From NCBI GenBank assembly GCA_002305255.1, contig DBQN01000065.1, positions 2,529 through 34,528 of the forward strand: a stretch of DNA of 32,000 bases. Reading direction: 5' to 3'. Position numbers and translations under genes: made by a program. The DNA comes from Firmicutes bacterium UBA1393 (GTDB taxonomy: Bacteria > Bacillota > DTU025). This document shows, one piece after another, positions 23,470 to 31,142 of this stretch. The notes beneath the pieces were generated by a model, which ran no database searches, was not told the origin of the DNA, and worked only from the letters and a program-made list of their open reading frames with translations. The first letter of the stretch is position 1; every line of letters starts with the position of its first letter.

Positions 23470-25194
23470 CTAGAAGGTTTGGCCGAAGCTGAAGTAGAGC
23501 TGGCCGCCTTGCTTGCTGATACCATAGTCCACCCTGATGGTGCCTAGCACAGGCACGTTCAGACGGACTCCGACGCCATAGCCGATCTTGGTGTTCTTGA
23601 TGTCGAGCGACTCACCGGCGTTCCAGGCCTGCCCGGCATCGACGAAAGCCACGCCCTGCAGGCTGTCGATGATCCTGAATCTGTACTCGGCGTTGGCATA
23701 TGCCATCCTGTCGCCTTCGAGATCACCGTACTTGTAGCCGCGAACGGTTTCCGCCCCGCCGAGGATGAACCTCTCCTGCTCGGGAAGGGGCGTCAGTCCC
23801 CATCCTCCACTCACCCTGCCGGCCAGCACGTGGCCATCGTGAATCTGGACATATCCTGCGCCTTCGGCCTGAACCTTGGTGAAGCTGTAGTCGCCTCCGA
23901 GGATTCCACCGGCATACTCAATGGATCCCGAAAGCCTATGCCCATCGGATGGGTTCCACAGGTCGTTTCTGGCGTCGTTCACTGCCGACAGCGTGATTGA
24001 ACGGGTGATGCCGCCTGCCGGCAAGCCTTCGGGTCCCGCAGGATCTGACGTGGTGTTCACCACGTTGTCCATCTTCAGCTTGAGGAACACCTTGGTGTTC
24101 AGCGACAGGCTGGTGCCGAGGCTCACGTCAGCGCCTGTGCGCCTCTGCGAATACGGTATGGTGACCGGATCCTCGCCCTCGCCACCCTCTGACTCAGGCG
24201 TGTATTTCTTGTCAGCAGTCTTGTTATACAGATTGAGGCCGAGGGACATCTTGCCCGTCTTGCCCAGCCAGGGTTCGAAGAAGCCCAGCTCATAGTTGGC
24301 CTTGCCCCAGCCGAACTCGGCCTTGGCATTGATCCTCTGTGCGTTGCCGAGGAAGTTCTCATCTCCTAGCTCCAGATAGCCCATGATGCCAGTTGAGGAG
24401 CTATAGCTGAGGTTGATGTTGGCGACACCGGTCTTCCTCTCGGTGAAAATGTAAGTGACCGTGAACTCAGGCTTGCCTGCCACGGGCTCAACCTTTGCCT
24501 GCACGTCCTCGAAGGCACCCAGCATGTACAGGGCACGGCGGTCGTTGTTTATCTTGGCGACATCGATGAACTCGCCTTCCTTAAGGGATATGGAGCGCCT
24601 GGCCACAGCAGGCTTGGTCTTGCCCAGTCCTTCGAGCTTAATCTCTGACACCGTCCACTCCACAAGGTGTACGGCAAGCTCTGCGTCTCCCTGCAGGGAT
24701 GGCTCAATGCTCACCCAGTAGCCCTTGTCGCTGTAGAGCTTCGAGATCTTCTCAAGATCAGACCTGAGTGTGGCTGCGTTAAGCTGCTCACCGGCTCGGG
24801 TTGTCATGAGTGCAGCAAGCTCATCGGTGGGAATCAGCTGATTGCCGGCAATGCTCACACTCTTCAGCACGGGAAACTCCCTTACCACGAAGATGAGTTT
24901 GAGTCCCCCGAGATACTGAACGGTGTTAGCATTCAAGTCGGAGAACCAGCCCATGCTGTCGAGTCTTGCGAAGGTCTCGTTGACGGCCTCTTCGGTTATG
25001 TCGTCACCGATCTTCAATGTGACTTGCTTGAGAATAGTCTCGCTATCGATCCTGCTGTTGCCTTGCACCTCGACGGCAGTAAGCTTGCCCAACGACTTCG
25101 ATTGGGCGGCCAGCGCGGGAACAGCGGCTAGTGTGACGGCCATGGCGACCATAACAACGATGCTGCAAACCTTCCTGGCGCAGAATGAGTTCAT
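23470..25194 (-). CDS. bamA: BamA/Omp85-family outer-membrane protein assembly factor
   Basis: ATG 25194 (GGAGGGAG upstream) gives the signal peptide MNSFCARKVCSIVVMVAMAVTLAAVPALAA. POTRA-like repeats (LTAVEVQGNSRIDSETILKQVTLKIGD..., LKSVSIAGNQLIPTDEL..., VSEIKLEGLGKTKPAV...). Barrel motifs RFILGGAETVRGY and GVRLNVPVLGTIRVDYG. C-terminal QLYFSFGQTF. Confidence 0.9.
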   Translation of the reverse strand: MNSFCARKVCSIVVMVAMAVTLAAVPALAAQSKSLGKLTAVEVQGNSRIDSETILKQVTLKIGDDITEEAVNETFARLDSMGWFSDLNANTVQYLGGLKLIFVVREFPVLKSVSIAGNQLIPTDELAALMTTRAGEQLNAATLRSDLEKISKLYSDKGYWVSIEPSLQGDAELAVHLVEWTVSEIKLEGLGKTKPAVARRSISLKEGEFIDVAKINNDRRALYMLGAFEDVQAKVEPVAGKPEFTVTYIFTERKTGVANINLSYSSSTGIMGYLELGDENFLGNAQRINAKAEFGWGKANYELGFFEPWLGKTGKMSLGLNLYNKTADKKYTPESEGGEGEDPVTIPYSQRRTGADVSLGTSLSLNTKVFLKLKMDNVVNTTSDPAGPEGLPAGGITRSITLSAVNDARNDLWNPSDGHRLSGSIEYAGGILGGDYSFTKVQAEGAGYVQIHDGHVLAGRVSGGWGLTPLPEQERFILGGAETVRGYKYGDLEGDRMAYANAEYRFRIIDSLQGVAFVDAGQAWNAGESLDIKNTKIGYGVGVRLNVPVLGTIRVDYGISKQGGQLYFSFGQTF

Positions 25195-25286
25195 CAGTCT
25201 CCCTCCCATGATTGGCCCCAACCGCCGCATATCACAGCGTACAGAGGCGCTGATCGGCAAAATGATTGTCCACAAGCATTCCGTGT

Positions 25287-27221
25287 TTAGTTCGCTTCCG
25301 GTGAGTTGGTTCCTGCCATTGCCCGCGGACCCCGCGGAGCCGAGTCTAGCCAGGCTGCGATCTGATCCAGAATATACTGACGCACGCGCGAGCCGATTAG
25401 TTTCACGAGCATGTCACCGCTTTGAGGAATATCGGCGCCGGGCATCACCGCATCCTCAAGCTGCAGCTCAATGTCACCCAGTACGCCACGGGCCGTGAGG
25501 AGGACATCGTCACCCTCCACATGCTCGGCCAGGGTCAGGGCGAACTCAGGCTCCACGCCCGGCTCAAGCAGCGCCTGCCCGCTAACCACCGCAAATGTCT
25601 GGCCCGACACGAACAGCTCGCCTGCACCCAGGCCGATTCTGCCGCTGAACACGGGCTTTTTGAGGCTCCCGAGAACGCGAACCTCCGATCCTGCGTCGAT
25701 GCGAGCCCACGATTCCTCTCGCACAACCGTAAGCCCCTCTCCCATCCCGACCGTGAGGTCAACGGCGAGGTCGGGGATGTTGGGTACCGCGGAGAAGCCC
25801 GCAGTCACTGCGTCTATCGCGCCCTCAGCCAGCGTCACCCTGCCCGAGAGCTTTCCATCGGAGTAGCCGACATCTGCGTCGAGTCTCGCTTTCACCACCT
25901 GGTGGACAAGGTCAACATCGTCGGCCACCAGCCGCAACTCGTCGGGCCGCCCCTCCAGGTGCACAGAACCATTGGAGAACTCCGCACTGAGGTCGACGCG
26001 TCCGAGGCTTGTCCGCCCGCTAGAGACGGCATATGACAGATCCGCCGTACCGCGAACTCCGGTGAACTGACCGTCGAAGTCATCGAGGAGATCCGCAGTT
26101 ATCTCACCGTCTGTGAGTCGCACAGAGCCAACCGCACCGCGCCGATCAGCGCGGAGGTGTAGGTTCCAGTTGATCCATCCGTGTGCCTTCGATGCCCACT
26201 CCACGATCTGGTTCGCCGCAGGTGAAGCCGCAAGGGTGTTGAGAACGCGGTCTAGGTCGGTGCGGCCGCCACGCACGACTGCTGTGGCCGCCCCATCCGT
26301 GTAGTCGACATCGGCGCCCATGGTCCAGTCTCTCACCGACACCGAACCCCAGTCTAGCTCGGCGATCTTGACCTCGCCTGTAGCCTTAACTTGAGGCTTG
26401 CCCTCGTGAAGAGCAGCCTCGAGCTCTCCGGCGAACTCGATCTCCGCCTTGCCGTCGGGCGAGGTGGCACGCAACCTGAGCTGGTCGGCAGCCATCGCGT
26501 CAAGTGAAAGCCTACCGCCGAGTTCCAGATCATCGACGAGCCAAGCTCGGAAGTCTATCGATGCCACGGAGACTGCCCGCGAGTCAAGTGGAGCCGACAG
26601 GTCGATAAGGGCCGAACCTGCGAGACTGACACTCTCAAGGGCGACATCGGCACCCTCAACGTACAACGTATCCCCGTCCAGCCTGATCTCGGCTCGGCTG
26701 ATTCTCAGAGGGCCCGCACCGTCTGTCACGATGACGCAGTCAATCAGGCCGACAGGCGCCCTCGGGCCGCCTTCGGAGGCCGCCGAGGTCGCGCCCGCCC
26801 TGCCGTTGGGCCTGGTGGCCTTGGAGTCGCCCCTAGGCTTCGCCCGGCCGCGCAAGATGGACTCTGCTAATTCGGTAAGCTGCGATTGGCTGCCCCTCAA
26901 TCCAAGAAGGTCGATCCGAACAACGCTGGCCAACGGATCGACCCGTCGGGCAAGGAGATCTGCAAGGTCATACGTGACGACGGCCTCCTCGATACTGAGC
27001 CCGCCGTCGATGACGACATCTTTCAGTTTCAGCTGCCTTCCCTCGACTATGGCAACATCTGTCACGCTCACGGGCACACCACCCAGAAGCGTCGAAAGCA
27101 CTGACTCAGCTGCCACTGAGCCGAGCCATGCCCTATTGGTCACGACAAACGCCCCGGCCGCAACGGCGAGCAGGAGCAGTACTATCCATACGACAAGGGA
27201 GCGCTTCAAGAGCATCACCAT
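25287..27221 (-). CDS. tamB: TamB/AsmA-like (DUF490-type) inner-membrane-anchored protein, short form (~645 aa)
   Basis: N-terminal TM LLKRSLVVWIVLLLLAVAAGAFVV, then a long beta-rich repetitive body. The C-terminal segment FSGRIGLGAGELFVSGQTFAVVSGQALLEPGVEPEFALTLAEHVEGDDVLLTARGVLGDIELQL resembles the TamB C-terminal domain. It sits immediately upstream of bamA. The start (ATG 27221 or 27215) is uncertain. Confidence 0.55.
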   Translation of the reverse strand: MVMLLKRSLVVWIVLLLLAVAAGAFVVTNRAWLGSVAAESVLSTLLGGVPVSVTDVAIVEGRQLKLKDVVIDGGLSIEEAVVTYDLADLLARRVDPLASVVRIDLLGLRGSQSQLTELAESILRGRAKPRGDSKATRPNGRAGATSAASEGGPRAPVGLIDCVIVTDGAGPLRISRAEIRLDGDTLYVEGADVALESVSLAGSALIDLSAPLDSRAVSVASIDFRAWLVDDLELGGRLSLDAMAADQLRLRATSPDGKAEIEFAGELEAALHEGKPQVKATGEVKIAELDWGSVSVRDWTMGADVDYTDGAATAVVRGGRTDLDRVLNTLAASPAANQIVEWASKAHGWINWNLHLRADRRGAVGSVRLTDGEITADLLDDFDGQFTGVRGTADLSYAVSSGRTSLGRVDLSAEFSNGSVHLEGRPDELRLVADDVDLVHQVVKARLDADVGYSDGKLSGRVTLAEGAIDAVTAGFSAVPNIPDLAVDLTVGMGEGLTVVREESWARIDAGSEVRVLGSLKKPVFSGRIGLGAGELFVSGQTFAVVSGQALLEPGVEPEFALTLAEHVEGDDVLLTARGVLGDIELQLEDAVMPGADIPQSGDMLVKLIGSRVRQYILDQIAAWLDSAPRGPRAMAGTNSPEAN

Positions 27222-27337
27222 GATGCCTAATACGCGATGACTAACAACATCCCTGCTTGCGTATGGAAGTGAAATGGATGCATTGCGGGTATACACTGGT
27301 AAGACTGGCCATTCAGGCTATGCCATGACTCCACTCT

Positions 27338-29182
27338 TCAGTCGGTAGCGCTGATCTCCATATCGACCCATGTCGTACCCTCGATGAACCACTCCGTGAG
27401 CAACCTGGCGCTCGGCAGCTCTGTGCCATGTAAGCCGTGGTCGGCGTCACCGTCCTCTTCGGAATCGCCCGCCTTGTCCCTGGCATCGGGGTTACTCTGC
27501 GACGTGCTCACCGCCACTCCACTCAGGAGGTCGGTATGCGGATAGTCCTCGCCATCCAGATAGGGCTCATCATAGTCATAGAAGTAGTCTTCCATCTGCA
27601 CCACTATCTCGTCGCCCCTTGGAGCACGTCCCAGTTCTGCCAGCAGCTCGTCGAGGTCCATGTAAGCGAGGGCGTCCTCGTCTGGTTCATATGACTCGCC
27701 CTCATCGTCGTCTCCCACACCTCCGCCTGTCACCATGAAGGCGACCGGGCCTTCGGGCGTATCGTCGGGGATCTCCACCTCCACGATGCGCGTGGTGAGT
27801 GGGCCGCGGAATGGCCTGAGGGTTACCTCGATTCTGGCGACGCCTCCGGGTGCCACGACTGGCTCAAGGGGTATCGCACTGAGTATCCTTGCGGTTCGCC
27901 TGCCAGCGCTCACGGTGACGTTCATACTCAGCGACTTCACCACAGCCTGCTCCACGGCATTGCCCACAACCAGCTCGAGCGCTCTGCGCGGAACCTCGGC
28001 GACAGCGTATGAAATGTCGGAAGCGCTCCACACCGTGTCGGACCTGCGCAGAGGTTCATGCCCTTCGAGCTCGATCACATAGTCGATGCTGGCGGTTCCT
28101 TGTCCGAGCCTATCAATGGCTTGGTCCGCTCCGCCCAGGGCGACTGTGAAGAACAAGTCTGCCACCAGCAGTTCAGAGCCGGATACGGCCGATTGCACAC
28201 GCACGGGCTTTCCGCCCGCATCATGTACGGCCTCGACAATCACTGGAATCATGTGTGCGCGGGCCCCAGCCTTACCCGCGGAACCGTACAGTCTATCTTG
28301 AGTGAACGCACCGATGTTCTCAAGGGATGATGCCACTTTGAAGGGTACGCTGTCACTTCTGACCACTGTGTGAACAGTGGCGCCGGCGGCCTGCAGGTCT
28401 ACGGCACCGAGAGAAAGGACCGGGTGACCGAAGGCAAGAAATCTGCCTTCGTCGACATGTGTCACAGACCCGTACACTGACACCTCGATGTCGCCCTCTG
28501 CCAACTGCATTGCCACCATGGCCCCGGGCACCAGTCGGTAATCTGAAGCCACCGCGTCACGGGCAGCGGTTCCCAGCGATGCCGACGCAGGAAGCACCCT
28601 TATTCCCCTGAACGATACTGCCTCTGACAGCCTCTCAATGGCCCTCTGTGACGCGCCTGACACATACATCGTCGCGCCTGCGGCGAGAGGCGGCGCGCCG
28701 GCTGCCCGCGTGCTCGCGACAGAGTCAGTGCCGATGTCATCGTAGTCGAGCATTCTGAGCATGTCGGCGATGGGCGTCACTCCTGCGATGAAGTGGTCGC
28801 TTCCTGGGAATACGTATGCAATCGCGCCGATGAGCTTCCCATCGATGTACACAGGGCTTCCGCTCATGCCTTCTGCCACTCCGCCCGCGGCCTCAATGTT
28901 CTTGCCTGACGCGCGCACGAGAATCATGCTTCCCGGACTATCGCCCCGAGGCGATACCGCAAGGATCTCGACATCGAACGGCTCCGGTTTCACGCCTTTG
29001 AACACTGTCAGCCCGTACCCCTTCATGCCGGTCGATAGATCAGTCGTAGCTATGGTGGCGGTGTACGCAGCTGCTGCCGGCCAGTGGCCGGCGGCGCCGA
29101 CGAACGCTATGATGGCAAGGATCACCAGGGTGATACGAAGTGTGCTGTTGCGCACGGCGGAAACGCCCCTTCCCTGACGCAT
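27338..29182 (-). CDS. membrane-anchored S55 (SpoIVB-family) serine peptidase with acidic C-terminal region
   Basis: The TM is [89 protein letters not shown] aligns by eye with B. subtilis SpoIVB ...VEAFDIEIVSTTP...[61 protein letters not shown] aligns with IGTMTFYHPETKQYGALGHV. GTG 29155 is an alternative start. Confidence 0.7.
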   Translation of the reverse strand: [614 protein letters not shown]

Positions 29183-29195
29183 GGCGTCTCTTTAA

Positions 29196-30167
29196 TCATA
29201 CACCTGCAGCGACATTTGTCACTTGCGGAATGTCGCACTCGGCCATGTACAGGAGTCCCCTGGCCGCCGCAAGTTGCGGATCATCTGCCAATCGGCACCC
29301 CACCCCGGCATGCTCTGCCACATGCGCCGCGAACATGTGCTGCAGCGCTCCCCCGCCCGCCAGAATCACCTCGTCGCATCCCCACCTTGACCGTGCAGCA
29401 CCGAGCGAATGCCCCACTGACCTGGCGAGGCTTTCCACTGCGGCATCGATGAGCACATCCGGTACCTCGGCGTCGGTTGGAAAACACGTGCCCACATGGC
29501 AGCCGCGCACACGAATGCCTCGCTCGCCCGGGCGTAGATCGTTTCTGGCTTCCCTTGCCCTCCTCGCCTCCGAGAAACCGACCCTGATCCCCAGCTCCTC
29601 CCTAATCCTTCGCTGCACGTCTCGGTCGACACTGCTCATCCCTGACCGCTCGCGCCCACTCCACACCACCGCTCCCATCTGAATCGTGGCGATGTGCACG
29701 CGCTCGGCGCCTACATCGGTGACGATGGTGTCACGGTCGATGGCACCGGCACCCATACACACCGCCAACGGCGACTGCACGATGGCGACGGGCTTCAGCC
29801 CGGCGTCTGACGCAAGCTGGAACATGGTTCGTATGTCGAGCACCGTAGGAGCCGCAGGTGCGAGGAGCACCGCCCTGGGCACCGCAAGCCTCTTTCTGCC
29901 GCACAGCTCCCGTGCTACGGCACTGAGTACATAGAGAGCCAACGGGCGCCGGAGTGAGTCGCCCCACGCGCCAGTGGCCGCCAGATGGTAACGAGCCGGG
30001 TCGCGCAAGAGCATCGCCATGGCGCCCGTGCCCCATCCCGCTGCGTAGCCCGTGCTCCTCTCCACCGCCACCACGGAAGGTGCAGAAATGACGACTCCGC
30101 GTCCGGGAGCAACTGCAACCACGTTCGCGGAGCCCAGATCAATGCCTATGTCAAATCGCCGCCGCAT
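29196..30167 (-). CDS. divergent MreB/Mbl-like actin-fold protein
   Basis: ATG 30167 (GGAGGG 6 nt upstream) gives MRRRFDIGIDLGSANVVAV...APSVVAV (MreB phosphate-1 region). VILAGGGALQ (adenosine motif) and DDPQLAAARG are present. The position next to spoIIID matches spoIIID-mbl in Bacillus/Clostridia. The track ORF's first 21 codons are rejected. Confidence 0.65.
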   Translation of the reverse strand: MRRRFDIGIDLGSANVVAVAPGRGVVISAPSVVAVERSTGYAAGWGTGAMAMLLRDPARYHLAATGAWGDSLRRPLALYVLSAVARELCGRKRLAVPRAVLLAPAAPTVLDIRTMFQLASDAGLKPVAIVQSPLAVCMGAGAIDRDTIVTDVGAERVHIATIQMGAVVWSGRERSGMSSVDRDVQRRIREELGIRVGFSEARRAREARNDLRPGERGIRVRGCHVGTCFPTDAEVPDVLIDAAVESLARSVGHSLGAARSRWGCDEVILAGGGALQHMFAAHVAEHAGVGCRLADDPQLAAARGLLYMAECDIPQVTNVAAGV

Positions 30168-30186
30168 CGAGTTCCCTCCGCCGCGC

Positions 30187-30444
30187 TTACGGTATCCTCC
30201 GAGTCCGGTACTTGCGGCGAGTGGCCTCACCGCCCCTTATGTGCCGCTCGGCCTTGTTCTGGTCGAGGATCACTTTGACCTCCATCGCAAGCTGTTTGCT
30301 TATTGATGGCAATCTCTCGGTCACGTCCTTGTGGACGGTGCTCTTGCTGACATTGAACAGGCGGGCCGTCTGCCTGACCGTCGCCTTTGTCTGAATCATG
30401 TGATCGGTTATCTCCAGAACTCGCCGGCGAATGTGATCCCTCAT
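30187..30444 (-). CDS. spoIIID: stage III sporulation transcriptional regulator SpoIIID
   Basis: The 85-aa protein MRDHIRRRVLEITDHMIQTKATVRQTARLFNVSKSTVHKDVTERLPSISKQLAMEVKVILDQNKAERHIRGGEATRRKY is co-linear with B. subtilis SpoIIID (...VSKSTVHKDLTERLPEI...HLRGGEATKLKY). Confidence 0.9.
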   Translation of the reverse strand: MRDHIRRRVLEITDHMIQTKATVRQTARLFNVSKSTVHKDVTERLPSISKQLAMEVKVILDQNKAERHIRGGEATRRKYRTRRIP

Positions 30445-30477
30445 GCAGCGCCCGGCCTCCCCCCTGCCGTTTGCTAG

Positions 30478-30506
30478 ATATGTATTCCAGCAGGGGAGGA
30501 TTATTC
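30478..30506 (-). promoter_or_regulatory. candidate sigma-E-like promoter upstream of spoIIID
   Basis: On the minus strand: GAATAAT (30506-30500), a 13 nt spacer, then AATACATAT (30486-30478). These resemble the remembered B. subtilis sigma-E consensus (-35 xxATAxx, -10 CATACAxT). spoIIID is sigma-E dependent in Bacillus. Match by eye only. Confidence 0.25.
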
Positions 30507-30521
30507 GCGCTACAGTCGGGT

Positions 30522-31118
30522 TCAGATTCGGGTGCTGGGGTCCTGCGGCTCGCCTCTCAACATCAGTTTGAAGTCGATCACCGACTTCGCGGAGCCCCCC
30601 GGTGCCATGCCGATGCAGTCGCCTGCCAGCACCTGCTGCCCCTGTGCCACCGATACGGTGTCGAGCGAGGCATAGTATGTTTCGAACTCGTACGAGTGTT
30701 TGATACGCACACCATAGCCCTGCTCAAGGGCAGTCACCTCGCTTACCTCGCCGTCAGCCGCAGCGCTGATTGCGCTCTCGGCCGGCACCTCTAGCGCGAT
30801 ACCGTCTCTATAGCGCCATTCACGTCGGAGCGGGTCACGGTACCATCCGAAGGAACCGACGACTGTTCCGTCTGCAGGCCAGGAGAACACCGGGGGTGGT
30901 TCCTGCTCACTGGCATCGCTCTCTGCCGGCGGTTCCTCGATCACGGCCGTCACCGGCTGCGCCCCCGGGTCGGGGACACTCAACGTTACTCTGGGCCAAT
31001 ATGCTTCGTAGGCCAGCCTCAGGACGATCCCGATACCGATGCACGCCAGGGCAGCCAGGGCCAGGCCCAGCCACTTTCTGCCCAGCTTCCATCCTCTCCA
31101 ACTTCTGAGCTTCACCAT
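30522..31118 (-). CDS. membrane-anchored degenerate LytM/M23-domain protein (SpoIIQ-like by position)
   Basis: ATG 31118 (TGAGGTGA upstream). TM WLGLALAALACIGIGIVLRL. The LytM fold pattern is WRYRDGIALEVPAESAISAAADGEVSEV...GYGVRIKHSYEFETYYASLDTVSVAQGQQVLAGDCIG...VIDFKLMLRGEPQDP. The metal ligands H-x-x-x-D and H-x-H are replaced (YRDGIA, IDF). It lies between spoIID and spoIIID, as spoIIQ does in Clostridia. Confidence 0.6.
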   Translation of the reverse strand: MVKLRSWRGWKLGRKWLGLALAALACIGIGIVLRLAYEAYWPRVTLSVPDPGAQPVTAVIEEPPAESDASEQEPPPVFSWPADGTVVGSFGWYRDPLRREWRYRDGIALEVPAESAISAAADGEVSEVTALEQGYGVRIKHSYEFETYYASLDTVSVAQGQQVLAGDCIGMAPGGSAKSVIDFKLMLRGEPQDPSTRI

Positions 31119-31142
31119 GCTCGATCACCTCAGGTGGTATTA

